DNA of 64,000 bases, from assembly GCF_009914755.1 (NCBI RefSeq), contig NC_060926.1. One strand, written 5' to 3'. Below, piece by piece: positions 38,451-52,186 of this stretch. Source of the DNA: the human T2T-CHM13v2.0 reference genome, Homo sapiens. The notes below the pieces were generated by a model. It did not search any database, was not told where the DNA came from, and saw nothing but the letters and a program-made list of their open reading frames with translations. A program made the translations under genes and the position numbers. Each line of letters opens with the position of its first letter. The first letter of the stretch is position 1.

Positions 38451-41400
38451 TCCTGTGAAAAGCTAACTTGATTTCAGTGAGCAGGAATCTAGAAGAAAGT
38501 TTAGAGCTACTGAAGTAGGGTAGCTAAAGGTATAAAAATGAGTGTGCAGAATAGGGCAGACTCAACCACGGGACTAGAGAGGTTGTGTATTCCAAAAGGT
38601 AGAGCTCCTTAAACTCTGGACCAGTTATCAAGCAATTGTGTTCCATTACAGTTGGTATTGACTGTGTCCAACATGGCTAGAATGTTTTAAGAATCCAGTA
38701 GAAAAGGGACAGTTCAATCCTGTTCAAGAGGCAAATACACTCTGGGAACTAGACAATATCGTTGAGAGATGGCAGGACAATACCTTAGATTGGGGTCATG
38801 GGTTGTACTCCTCTAACCTCAAGGGAGGAATTGATATCAGCAAGATTGAAGCACTATGCAAATTACTAAACGGATACCCTGGAGTACAATAGTGGTGGCT
38901 TCATACCCACGGTCACTTGTTACTAAGTATTAGAGTAATATGCTAGCTTGAATTCTTATTGCTTATGTTTGTAAATACTGTAATCAGAGAAACCACCCAA
39001 GGTTGAGGACATTTAACTTCATGTGTGCTAGAAACAGATGCAGGGACAGAAATGAAAGATCTGTTGTCAAGATGCTAAAAATACATAAATTGATACTGAG
39101 AAAGATGACTGACTGGCTTGAGTGAAGCCGTAAAACAACATTGACACAAACTAATAATTTGTAATGACAATTTGAATTTAAGTGAAACTCTAAATAGTGA
39201 TAAATGTTTTACTAACTGTTTTGCAAAAAGACAGGGTATTTTTGTATTTTACATAGTGAATATTGTCCTGAGTGGATCGGTCTAATTTTCCTGTTCCCAC
39301 TCCTTACGTATGGGATAGCACATTATAAAAAAGAGAGAGAACAAGAGATAAAGGCTGAGAGTCACTATGGCAAAGTGTTTCTTTTTTTATCTCAGTTCTT
39401 TTTTTAATTTGCTACATACTTTGGAATATATGAAAATCCTAATGTGTTTTCGTGGGTATTAAAAATACTTCATGGAATTTGTAATGATTGAAACACAAGT
39501 ACTATAAAATCTACTTTTAATGTTGGTTTTGTTCTTGAAATAGGACTTTTGAAAGTACAATGCTGCATGGTCATTTTAACCTTTTACTTTCCATTTTACT
39601 TTCCCTCAAATTGTTAAAAAAGAATATGTACTGTGTAATGAATGAATGTTTACAGTATTTAATCTAGTTTAAACATTAACTGAGAAAATAAGATCATCTG
39701 AAGGCTGGGAGTCATTCTGCATTATTGTCCTTAGACTTCTGTTTTCAGAGACCATTTCTTGTAAACCTAATTAGAGATGGCTGCAGCAAACTTCAAGCCT
39801 TAGTGTCTTTACTCATCTCGGTGTCTAAAAGTCACATAAAGCTTCAATCATACAAACTGTGCAGTTAACCAAGTGTGATGATTTTTTTCCCAAAGTAATT
39901 TTATTAACTCAATTTTGTTTTAAAGTAGTATTTCCAAGTTTAAATATATTTTATTCTAGAAAAAAATCATTGGAATATTTAGTGCTGTAAGATCTACAAT
40001 CCATGAATCCTTAAAAAGCAGGATTGCAAATTGCCCCGAATAGATTAATATAAAGTAGTGAAATAAATTAAGCAAGGGATAAAAAAGAAACCTTTGGTGA
40101 AAAGTTATCACATGTAATTGGGGAAAAATAGCACATTTTGACTATTGAAATTAACTGTTTGTTAATATCAATTATTTTAATGCATTTAGTCTCTGCTTTT
40201 AATGTGTAAGCATCTTGTTGCATGACTTACTATATTTCCCTACACATCATATCATAGGATTGCTTTCTTTTTGATTACCTGCTGAGATTAGTACCAAAAT
40301 ATAAATTTTAAGAGCATGTGTGTGTGATGGTTAAGGATGATATATATTCTTGGAGCATGGGCTGTTTTGCTTAATGGGTTGGCTTAAGTGTGATTCTGAA
40401 AATAGGAATTTGGGGGTAGATTAAAGGCAACTTTAAGATATTGGGTATGTAGGGTTTAGGGAGAGATTTCATGATCCAGAGATTAACTTTGTTCTCGGAA
40501 TAATTTCTGGTGATATTTAGTTCCATGGTGCTGCCATATTCACTTGTTCTTCCACATGCCAAGGACGATTAAGCCAGTGTCATGTGAAGTCATGTTTCAA
40601 TTAATGTCTTTTTATTCTGACTTTGATATCACTAGTATTCTGTATTTTAATGCTCTTTTAATAATTCAGACCTCTCTTTTTTAGGTTGCACATTTTTCAT
40701 TTATGCATTTTCAGAAGTTTTGAAGGGTTATTAAATTGATTGAATGTCTGATATTCACACTTGACGCATGTCTTAATATGTAAATTATATCTACTAAAAA
40801 CATTGTGTAGTCATTATGAGATGTTAACTTTCTTCGATACTTTGTCAGAGAATGACTTTTTCTTTACAAATGTATTAGTCTGTTAGCTATTTTTATGCTT
40901 ACTATCCAACTTTAATACCACCAATTCATAACTGCCTGATGTTGTTAATTCTGTCCTTTCCCTGGAGTTCATATTTCCATATATATCATCCCAATGAGCT
41001 GCAAAGAAGGTTTTCAAATGTAATTTTGACATTAAGTTACCAAAGATGCATATTGCTCTCCTATTTTATTATGTTTAAAATTTCATTCAGTAATACTTTA
41101 ATATCACTTCCATGTAGACTGACTCTCATTTGACAATCATAATTAGCTTCTAGCATATTATTTTACAAATGACATATATTCTCAAAATGAAACAACTCAC
41201 TGGTCCAGGACAAATTCTTTAAAGGAGATTTTATAGAATAGAGCTAGTTTATTCAAATAAAAACCAATTTCCATGCCTGTAAAGTCTGCTTCATTTCATT
41301 TCATCTCCAAGACTAGTTTTACAGCACTTGGATAAAGAAAGTTATGCTCATTTACCTTTTCATCATTTGCATTGCTTCAAGTGTTTTAATGTAGCAATTT

Positions 41401-41888
41401 ATGGTCAGAAGGGTAACTGTAACATATTATATAAAATATTTCTAAAATATTAACATCATTATTTAGAAAAAGATGATGTAATTTTTGACAAAATTTTTTG
41501 CTTAAGATTTAATTATTTAAATTAATATTTATGAAAAAAACTATTTATAGCCTTTAGAGGGGTAATCATTTTCATTGGTTTAAAGACCTTCTGCAATACA
41601 AAAATACAAATATTTTCATGAAATGTTTAAATCAAGTGGGAACACTCTATTCTGTAATACATGGAAAAAAACCTTAAAATTCTGAAGATATTAGAAACAG
41701 GGAAAAGGCAAATGCAAAGTTACTTTTATGAAATCATGATAAGCCCTTTAGGATGTTACATTTTTAAAGCTTTTATAATGACAATAACTGGGCACTTTTA
41801 TGTTTAAAATTTAGATAAACAAATGTTGAAGTTATCCTTCTATTTTTGTTAACATCTCCCAATGAATTTTATTTTTACTAACTTTTCT

Positions 41889-42205
41889 CTTTTTTTGTTG
41901 TTTTTGTTTGGTTTGGTTTTAGAGACAGGGTCTCACTCTGTTGCCCAGGCTAGAGTGCAGTGGCACGATCATGGCTCACTGCAGTCTCTCTACCTCCTTG
42001 GCTCAAGCTATCCTCCTGTTTTAGCGTCTCGAATAGTTGGGACCACAGGCATAAGCCACCATGCCCGACTAATTTTTGTACTTTTTGTAGAGATGGCATT
42101 TCACCATATTGCCCAGGCTGGTCTCAAACTCCTAGGCTCAAGCAATCAGTCCACCTCAGCCTTCCAAAGTGCTGGGATTACAGGCTTCAGCCACTGCACC
42201 TGGCC
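41889..42205 (-). mobile_element. AluJ
   Basis: GAGACAGGGTCTCACTCTG, GATCATGGCTCACTGCAG, CTCCTAGGCTCAAGC. TSD TTTTTACTAACTTTTCT / TTTTTGCTAACTTTTCT at 41872-41888 and 42208-42224. Confidence 0.92.
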
Positions 42206-42996
42206 TGTTTTTGCTAACTTTTCTTTGTTGTAAGACAAAAGAATTGCCTTCTTCATAATATTTAGTGAATATCACAAAAACTTATAAATGACATGTTTTC
42301 AGTTGGGTAGAATTAAAAAAAAATCATTTCAAAGATGCTTGGTTAATTTATTACGCTATTCTGGAATCAGTATTTTGCAGAAGAGATTTTGCTAAACCAC
42401 TCATCTATATTATTTGTATCTGATTCCTGTATCATAGTGCTATTTGCTTCCCAGAATTGGGCATAATTTTTAAGATGTTTCCTTAATATGTACATTTCTT
42501 AATTTATTTTACTTTCCTAAATATCACAGACTGCTGAAAAATAAAAGATTGAGCTTACAAAGCATTTTAAGATAAGTAAACATAAAAAAATCAAATAATA
42601 CCATTTACTTAAATATACTAATTGAATTTAGAACACATTTTTATTGTTATAAATGTCACTATGTACCTCAATATTCGTTTTAGGATTAAGGAAATTCAGT
42701 ATATGTCCTTTTGGGGGTTTATAGAAGTTCTCCACTAAAGCATTTGGGTACAAGTAATTGCGTAAAACATGAAAGGACAAAACCTTAGACCAAGACAACT
42801 TTGGGAAGATATAAAAAGTACCAGGAGAAGGGGTTGATGTAACGAAAGTTTAAGTAATATCTATGAGGCAGACAAAAATTCTTTCCAAAATACTGAGCTT
42901 GTTTTCTTCATATTGTATTTTGCAGTGCATAGTAGTATTTTTATTTTTCAGACAGATAACCTTTTTTAAAAAAGGAACTCAGGAGAAGTGATTCTT

Positions 42997-43375
<379 letters not shown>

Positions 43376-44017
43376 TAGCTGGGGAAGGAACTTGAACAAA
43401 AGCATTTGTTCATTATTGGCCATCACAAAATCACGTACACATAATATATTGGCACATATATTAATTAATTAATTAGTGGATTTGAAGCTGAAGATTTCAA
43501 CTATTTCATGGTAATTTTCAAATCTCATTATTTAGTAAAACAGGTTCTTACCATTCCTGAAATTGTCACATATCTAATTTAGGAAACATTCTTTCAATTA
43601 TATGACTGTATCTCTAGAATATAATTCAGTAAGGACAGATAAGTACTTTGAAAATATTCATATGATTATATTGAATTAATATCCTAGTCCCTCTGAAGAA
43701 AAGATACGTAACTGCAATCTCAGTTGAAAAAAATACCATAGTTAGATGATTATGTCAGTACTAGACATTTAGCAGTGTTCCCAAGATGACTGAAATTTTA
43801 TTATCTTTGGTCTTTATTTTTACATTTCTTCGCAATCCATTGGCAATAAATAGAAAAAAAAATCCCTCTACATTAACAAAAAGGAACTTAAGAAGAGTGG
43901 AATTATGTTCTAGTGTTCTATTTTAAAATGACATCACACATACCAGGCACACTCCATTTCTTAATGTTCCAAGGAAATCTTGTGCTAGTTTATCCAGAAG
44001 TCTCTCCAACCAGTTTT

Positions 44018-44050
44018 CACACGTACACACGCACACACACACACACACAC
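44018..44050. repeat. Imperfect (CA)n microsatellite
   Basis: Read directly. Confidence 0.85.
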
Positions 44051-45934
44051 TCATTAAATTGGAAAGATGCAGTTGGGACATGAGCTAAATTTGTCCGATG
44101 GATCAAAATAGCAAATCCAGCCTGCAAATATCTCCATACATAATGCACATACATGAAAACATTTTCTGTAACTAGGGTCTTTTCAAACAGTTTTCATTGA
44201 GAATGTTTGAATTGCATTGCAATAGGCCTCATTATTTTCCTGTGACTACAGTGTTTCTGCGACTTATTTGTGAATATATGTGTATGTGGTGGTTGGTGTG
44301 TTCGTGTGTGTCTCAAACTTAAGCAAATATTCTTTTAAATTTCCCATCCTTAGTGAAAACCATGTACATTTATTGGGTTAGCCAGGTTGGCATTGTCTGC
44401 TGTCAAAAATTACTGACCCAGAGCAAACCAAAAACAAACAGTCCTATGAAATTTATAACTTATCTTCCTTTTCTATCAAAAAATTTTATTTATCTTTTGT
44501 TTCCGCTTCGCTTTTTCTCCCTCTTCATTTCCTGCCTGCAAATTGATACTTTTTTATAGCTCTGCACGATATAGGATATTGGAAGTGGTATTATTATTAG
44601 TTGAATCAATAACTTCTTTTTCTCCCACCCCCACTGTGTGGTATATCCTGTTTAAATACATAGGATTTTGGGAATGTTTTAATTTTTTTTCTTTTGAAAT
44701 GTATTTCTTCAGTAATGCTTTTGCAAAGGCTTAAAATGTTTTTCGCATAAACCTACTGAATTTTTCAACTCTAGCTTCTCTGAGTCAGTTGTCCTAATTT
44801 AATTTAGACTCGGTTGGCAAAACATACTGAGGAGAAAAAGGAGATTGGCTTTATGGTAGCCATTATAAAATAAAACATGAACACATATATGGAGCTTTAA
44901 TATGGAGCTTTCATAGCAAAAATCAGTTCAATAAACCACTTCATCTATAGTTTCTGTTTCCTGCTATGCCAGAGTAGTGGATATTCCCTAGCTAGCTTAT
45001 TAATTTATTCTCTCCTAATTCTTCTTCACAAAGGAGAGTAACAATTAGAAATCATAAAGAAAAGATACTAGGTGTAATACTTATAACATTGTGTTGCCTT
45101 CTAAATCTTTATTGAAGAGTCCTTAGGTCTAGCTACACAATTTGATCATTTAAATGATAAAGGTTTCTTCAGTTTTTATGACCAAATGCTTATTTGTAGT
45201 TTCACTACTGAAACTCATATTTTGAAAAAAAAATTTCTGAAAAAAGTATTATGTAATAATTCATTTTGTTCTTTTATTAAAACAAAGACTTAGCAGTCAT
45301 AGCTTATAATTTGTATGTGGTTGCCAAGATTACTGTAGTGAATTGAGATATTTAAAGGCCAGTGCAAAACAACAGATCAAATTGTCCCTTGAAACTCTTT
45401 CAAGAATAAATGACAGACTTCCATATGGTAATTTCTGTCTAGTAAACCAAAATCCCTAGGACAGGAAGTGTGTTCTACAATATCAGTCAGGGAGTGTTAT
45501 TTATAATGATTGAAAACATTAAGCTCCTTTCAAACTCTTAGCCTATTACATTATAATGAGATTTGTCGTAGAATTAGACAGGGATAGATTTCCCTTAAGA
45601 CAATTGAGCACCATGTAAATGGTGCAATAGGTTTAGGAACTGAGATAATTTTTATTTAATTATTATTGATGTATTTAATAATCATTATACATATGCATAT
45701 GCTCTTTTTGGAAAACAATAATATTCTTATAAAATTATAGTTGAGATTGGGAATAATTCTTTTTTCTATTCCTTTCCTGTGGTTAGAAGAGTGGTTAATT
45801 ACTGAAATATTTTTTCCCTCAGGTCTATGGGGATGTAGAAAAACTTAAGAGTTTAGGGCATCAGCTTAGTTTTTGAAGGGGGCTAAAACTTTTTACGTTA
45901 GCACCAAAGGGTTGATGCAATGCCCTAAATTTTA

Positions 45935-46060
45935 GTATTCCCCTATGTGAAATAGAGATAATAATATACTTCTGAGGTGCCATAGGATTAAATATGTGTA
46001 AATTTCATAGGAGGGTGCTTGGCAAATGGTCAGTACCTAATAAAACCTTAGCAGTACTTA
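45935..46060 (+). mobile_element. MIR 3' fragment
   Basis: CTATGTGAAATAGAGATAATAATA...AGGATTAAAT...GTGCTTGGCAAATGGTCAGTACCTAATAAA. Confidence 0.55.
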
Positions 46061-46414
46061 TTCTGAAATGAAATAAAAATTATCACTAATTTTTAAATGA
46101 TTTATTCTATTCTTGTGTGGTACAGGGAAAACCACACAATACATTGACCACTCATTTTATAGTTTAGAGCTAGATGGCATGCAGAATCATTTGAGAAGTT
46201 TAACGGTGTTGGTTTTGAGTCACTTACCTCTAGCCCAGAAGTGATTTCTGCAGATCTTGTGCAAACAAATTATTGGTAAAAAGAGACCACATGAGATGGT
46301 GCTTAGGAACCTAAAAGTTGCTCAAAATACTGGCTTCTCTAACATGAGAGCTCCTCCTAGCATCCTAAAGGACTCAAATCCTTGGAGACTTATGAGGTCA
46401 GTTTACTAGACTTG

Positions 46415-46544
46415 ATATACATATATATATGTATATATATTTTATATATATATGTTGTATATATTATATATATATGTTATATATATTTTATATATGTTAT
46501 ATATATTTTTTATATATATAGTTATATATATATTTATATATATA
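46415..46544. repeat. Imperfect (TA)n expansion, about 130 bp, at the Alu tail position
   Basis: Read directly, with TATATATATGT(T)-type units. Confidence 0.92.
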
Positions 46545-46828
46545 ATTTTGGAGACAGAGTCTTGCTCTATATCCTAGGCTGGAGTGCAGTGGCATGATCT
46601 CGGCTCACTGAAACCTCCACCTCCCGGGTTCAAGTGATTCTCCTTCCTCAGCCTCCCGAGTAGCTGGGGCTACAGGCGCATGCCACCACGCCTGGCTAAT
46701 TTTTGTATTTTTAGTAAAGACGGGGTTTCACCATGTTGGCCAGGATGTTCTCAATCTCTTGACCTCCTGATCCGCCCACCTTGGCCTCAAAGCACTGGGA
46801 TTGCAGGTGTAAGCCACCACACCCAGCC
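46545..46828 (-). mobile_element. AluS (Sc-like)
   Basis: GGCCAGGATGTTCTCAATCTCTTGACCTC diagnostic region. Confidence 0.9.
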
Positions 46829-46994
46829 AAGTTTGAATCTTTTATGTGCCCTACTAGTTTAGGATTATGATGAGGTATTATAATTTTATTTTCTATGGCT
46901 TCAAAACATGCCTCTGTTTGTACTATTGTCTTGTTAAAAGGAAGAGAGGAAAAAACAGGTTGTGTGTGTGCATGAGAGAGAAGCAAGGACATAC

Positions 46995-47600
46995 ATTCAA
47001 GAGTAATGTGATAACACTCTAATAACAGTATGTCATGTACTGTGGGAATACAGAGAATGAAATGTACTACCTTGGAAAGGTCAGGAAATAATTTACTCAT
47101 GAAGAAATATTTGAAGTGGATTGTGAAGAGGAGTTTTTGAGACACACTAAGGAGGGATTGTGGTAAAGAAAAAAAGGCACAAATGCAGGAGGCAGCCTGG
47201 TACATTCTGGTTATAATAAGTGTTTCAACATGGATTAAGGTGTGTGTGTGTACATGCACACTCTCGCACAAGTTTATGTGCCTATATTGTGAGAGAGGCT
47301 TGTGTTTCATGTGATATGACTGCTGGATAGAGAATTGCTTTCTTAAATGACTTAAGTTTATCTTATAGGTGATGGAGAACGATGCAACAATTTTAAGCAA
47401 AGAGGACATGATAGGATTTACATGATGGATAATGACTGCATTATCAGTGTGAAGGGTGTTAGGAAAGGAAACCACTGGTAACAGTCAATAGGAAGTGTCC
47501 AGGCAAAAAATGAATGGGATTCAGAGCAAGGCAGTGGAGACAGAGAAGAGGAACCTAGTTATTAGTGCAGTGGGTTAGCAAGAGTGAGGGGGGTTGGGGG
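46995..47600 (-). mobile_element. L2 fragment
   Basis: Purine-rich antisense L2 text (TACTGTGGGAATACAGAG, TTTTAAGCAAAGAGGACATGATAGGATTTAC, GGCAGTGGAGACAGAGAAGAG). Confidence 0.65.
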
Positions 47601-47825
47601 TCAGGGAGGGGCTCCTGAGTTCCAGCTCGCACGGTCTCTGAGATATGGGCTACAGGGTATTTATGCTTAGGATTTTCTTGTTTCATACATATATATCATA
47701 CATAAATGTTATACTTGTATACCATATGCATGTATTTAGAAATATATATCCCTCCAGCTTTCCTCTTTTTCGAACAAAGAAATTGACATGAATAATTTCT
47801 GAACAGCAAAGAAACAATGGTCCTT

Positions 47826-48314
47826 TGTGGTAGGAAGAATAATGGCTGCCCAAAGATGTTTACTTGCTATCCCCAGAACAGCTAAATATGCTGCGTTACT
47901 TGACAAAGGGAAATTAAGGCAGCAGAAGGAATTACAGTTGCTAATTAGCTGACTATAAAAGAAGATTATTCTGAATTATCTTGGAAAGGGCTTTCACTGT
48001 AATCGCAGTTGGTCCTTAAATGAGGACGAGAAAGGCAAGAGAGTCAGCTTCAGAGTGATGAGATATGAGAAGGACAACTGGCCCTTTGAAGATGGAAGCA
48101 GGCCAGACTAAAGGCAGTCTTTAGAAGGTGGAGAGGCAAGGAAATGGATTCTAGCCTAGAAGCCCCAAGAAAGAATGCAGCCCGGCCAGCACCTTCATTT
48201 TAGCCCAGTGAGACATGTTTCAGGTTTTTAATTTATAGAACTGTAAAATGATCTATTTTTTATAACAAATAAGTTTGTGGTAATTTGTTATAGTCACAAC
48301 AAGAAATTAATTCA
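47826..48314 (+). mobile_element. MLT1D MaLR solo LTR
   Basis: TGTGGTAGGAAGAATAATGGC...GTTGCTAATTAGCTGAC...GGCAAGGAAATGGATTCT...TTTTAGCCCAGTGAGAC...AAGTTTGTGGTAATTTGTTA. Confidence 0.88.
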
Positions 48315-49159
48315 CTCTGGAACAGGAATGAACCTTATGACTGTATCTTTTTTCTGCCATCTTGTGCTCAATTATTTACATGAAGTTTGCAACTAATAGA
48401 TGAATACGAAATTATCCGTAACTTTTCCAAGGAGGTCTTACCTTTGAATTTTAGTATTTGCTGATAGGAAAAATATATAGTCTGAGAAAGAAAAAGGAAG
48501 CAGCACACAACGAAACAAAGTACGGATGCAAGAATTAGCTGTGAGGAGTCTGTTTTGAAATTTGTACCACTTAAAGTGCATTTTAATTGCTGAAATGATG
48601 GCAGAATTTAATAGCATGCAAGATCTTGGCTTTTGATTGGTTTGTTTCTGGTCACTGATATTGTAGGTTAAAAATAGATCTTAAATTGAAAAAAAAGTCA
48701 ATATTTAGGTACTTTTTACTTGCCCGAACCATTTAATAATTTATTTGCAATAGGTACGTGTAATGAATATAGAGATTATGATGTAAATGTGGAGTATATC
48801 TGTGACTTTTAATTTCTCCAACAATGCTTACCTTACTCTTAGGAGGGGCTCAATAGAGCCCTAAGGAATATAATTACATTTATTCAGTGTTTTAATTAGG
48901 CTGGTTTAACAAATGGCGAACTGGTCTCTAAGTTCAGTGGTTTTGAGTGCTTAGAACTTTCTCATTTAAATGGATAAATAATTCTTTGGACTTTTAAATC
49001 TGTTTTTGTGATGATTTTTGTCCGTGATATTGAGGTGTATACAATTATTGTTTAGTTTCGGGGTACTTTTAGGAGCTTCATCATGTTCATCATGTTTGTG
49101 CATTCAGTGATTATTAGGAAGTCTTAATGAGTGAGATAGTTTAAAGAAACATTGTAATG

Positions 49160-49400
49160 CGTCAGAAGAAGAATCAGGGAGCCAGAATACCTGGTTAAAC
49201 TTGGTTCTGCTACTTGCTAACCAACTAATTCTGGGAAAGCTTCTCATCTGTCCATGCATCAGGATTTTTACTGTGTATAAAATGGGGATAATAATAATGC
49301 CTATTTCACGGGGTGTTGAAAGGATTAAATGAGTTAATACATTTAAGGTAGTTAGAACAGTGATCGGCCCATAGTAGGTGCTAACTAAATGTTAGCTTTA
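49160..49400 (+). mobile_element. MIR
   Basis: ATAAAATGGGGATAATAATAATGCCTATTTCACGGGGTGTTGAAAGGATTAAATGAGTTAATAC. Confidence 0.8.
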
Positions 49401-49887
49401 ATTATTTACTTAAGCAACACATGATATTGAAAATAATCCAGGCTTGCATTTAAAGTTGTCATGATACATAGCATAATAATACCATACATATTTATATTCC
49501 TACAACATACAGGCACACACACACACACATACTCACACGCAGGCTTTCACATCCAACATGCATTTTATAGGTCAGAAATTGAAGGCCAAATGACATGATA
49601 AAATATCTACTAATAAATCTGTGTCCCCAACTGCTTGTCTAGTGCCATGCATGACAATAATAAAGTGTTCTCTCTGTGAAAAGATTGGGAAGAGTGATAT
49701 GGTTTTCTCACAGTGTTCTACAACTCAGATCAAAGCACAGAGAAGCCTATCCCTACCTTGTTTATTTTTTTCAGTTGGCCGGAGTGTATACAAGTACAAA
49801 AGAAGACTCGGGTTAAAATTAAATTAAAACTTAATATTTCCTTTTGAGCCAAGAGCTCTGAATTTAAATCCTAAAAGAGTACTTTTA

Positions 49888-50180
49888 GGCCAGGTGTGGT
49901 GCCTCACACCTGTAGTCCCAGTACTTTGGGAGGCCAAGGCAGGCAGATCACCTGAGGGCAGGAGTTCGAGACCAGCCTGCCCAACATGGGGAAACCCCGT
50001 CTCTACTAAAAAGACAAAAAATTAGCTGGGCGTGGTCGTGGGCACCTGTATTCCCAGCTACTCGGGAGGCTGAGGCAGGAGAATAGCTTGAACCCGGGAG
50101 GCGGAGGTTGCGGTGGGCCAAGATTGCCCACTGCACTCCAGCCTGGGCGACAAAAGTGAAACTCCATCTCAAAAAAAAAA
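49888..50180 (+). mobile_element. AluS (Sq-like), the only plus-strand Alu in the window
   Basis: GGCCAGGTGTGGTG...GAAACTCCATCTC-A10. TSD AAAAGAGTACTTTTA / AAAAAAGTACTTTTA. Confidence 0.93.
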
Positions 50181-50494
50181 GTACTTTTAGTATGTTTGGG
50201 TTAAGAAATATACAGAGGAGACACTGAAACAACAAGTAGGATTTTAATAGAATTGGAATAATCAAGGCTGTTAAAAAATTTGTATGTGCTTCTTCCGTGC
50301 ATTTTGCATAACTCAGGTTTTTAAAAATGAGTTTTAGTGATGTTAACAGATCTGTTCTTTGTTGGATTCTTTGTTTTGCTTGGAACAAGACAGAAACAAG
50401 GAGACATGGGAATATGCTTTCATATGATGCAGCAAGAGAAAGGCTCTTTATTATATTTTCCTGCCACTACTAACACCCTGGATCTGTCTCAAAA

Positions 50495-50750
50495 TAATAA
50501 TACTTACATGGCTTATGAAAAAACACATATAGAAGATAATATGTTCAAATCACATTTTAAGTGGCTTATAAATATTAACTTATTAAATTTTCATAAAAAC
50601 TTCATGAGGTAGGTATTACAAGCATTCCCATTTTATGGAAGAGAAACCAAGGCACAAAGAGGTGAAATAATTTTCCCAAGTTGGCACAGCTGCTAAGTAC
50701 TAGAGTCAGATTTAAACCCAGGTGACCTTATACCCTACCTCCTTAACTAC
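50495..50750 (-). mobile_element. MIR
   Basis: CATGAGGTAGGTATTA...CCCATTTTATGGAAGAGAAACCAAGGCACAAAGAGGTGAAATAATTTTCCCAAG. Confidence 0.78.
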
Positions 50751-51370
50751 AAGAGATGGTGTTTCTTCTCTATATAAGAAACTCAATGGCAACTGTTTCC
50801 ATTATTCTGGTTTTTTAAAAATTTGCTGAGTTTAAATTCTATGTATGCTGCAACCTTAGAATAAATTTGGATTACCACTATTATTGATTGAATTAGATGC
50901 AAAAATAATTTCCTGAACATATACAATGATGGAATAATAGAGAATTGATTCATAAAGGAATGATAGAAGAGTATGGTACTCTTATATTTTACAAACCTTA
51001 CATAAAAATCCAATAGTTAAAATTTCTTGCTGGGTGATAAAATTTGAGGTTTATAAAATGACTTAGATTTGAAGGTATTGCTTTAATGATACGTCAACAA
51101 TTGTAACAAGCATAAGTACGTTTTGTGAATTGATAATGTTAACTCAAAGATTTTCAAACCATGTTTAATATTTAAAATTTCTTATTTATTACAGAAATAT
51201 TATTTGTTATAATGGCAAAATTGGACAAAATTTAGATTTAGCTTATCTATCTGAGCTGAAAAGATCTTTGCGTTTTGTAAAAGAGAAAAATGCTTGAGTG
51301 AAAAGTGGACATGACTTTTGTAATAAAGACAGGTTAACAGAGTGATTGAGATAGAATGAAGGACAGCCTA

Positions 51371-51673
51371 TTTGTTTGTTTGCTTTTTGAGACGGAGTCT
51401 CGCTCTGTAGCCCAGGCAGGAGTGCAGTGGTGCAACTCGGCTCACTGCAACCTCTGCCTCTCGGGTCCTGGTTCAAGCAATTCTCCTGCCTCAGCCTCCC
51501 AAGTAGCTGGGATTACAGGCACACACCACCATACCCAGCTAATTTTTATATTTTTAGTAGAGACAGCGTTTCACCATGTTGGCCAGGCTGGTCTCGAACT
51601 CCTGATCTCGTGATCTACCCATCTCAGCCTCCCAAAGTGCTGGGATTATAGACGTGAGCCACTGCGCCCGGCC
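51371..51673 (-). mobile_element. AluS (Sg-like)
   Basis: Dimeric Alu with a (TTTG)n tail. TSD GGACAGCCTA / GGACAGTCTA. Confidence 0.92.
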
Positions 51674-51724
51674 TGGACAGTCTAACTTTTTAAAAGTCAA
51701 AGTGGTGTTTTGGTAACCCTTTAA

Positions 51725-51980
51725 CATATTGGTTAAAGAACACAAGCAAAGTTGTGCTATCTACATCGTGTTTGTAAGCTAGCTCTGCAAATTTAGTTAA
51801 TTAACTAAGTTAATTAACAAGTTAGTTAATTTCTTTGTGTCTGTTTTCAACTTGTTAAAGTGAGCACAGTAATAGTACCTACCTTACAGAATCATTGTGA
51901 GTATTAAATGATTTAGTGTGCAAAGCATTTAAAGCAGAGCCTGCAATATACTATGTGCTCAATAAAAGTGAGATTATATT
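51725..51980 (+). mobile_element. MIR
   Basis: AATAGTACCTACCTTACAGAATCATTGTGAGTATTAAATGA...GTGCTCAATAAA. Confidence 0.7.
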
Positions 51981-52186
51981 GTGATGGTGATAGCAGTGTG
52001 AGGAGAAGAGGGCTTTACTGAATTATGGTCTAAATGTGCCAAATAGCAGATAAGACATAGCAGCATTACATGAGTGAAATATTACTCCAAATGCTGCTGC
52101 TGTAAACTGTTCTCTCATAGAGAATATATGATGGCTAAATAAAATGTGTAATTTCATGTAAATAGCAAGATGTGTGGTAAAGTCAT

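Noticed and set aside
42742-42790. AAGTAATTGCG resembling the MADE1/miR-548 terminal repeat
   Set aside because: Only about 11 nt match and there is no second inverted arm.
45852-45929. 10-bp inverted repeat TTTAGGGCAT / ATGCCCTAAA as a possible MITE
   Set aside because: Short arms, long spacer and no TSD, so it is compatible with chance.
46711-47475. Longest ORF in the window (254 aa, minus strand)
   Set aside because: It runs through an L2 relic, (CA)n stretches and into an Alu ([10 protein letters not shown]...[10 protein letters not shown]). It has a non-ATG start and no domain-like sequence, so it is a chance open frame.
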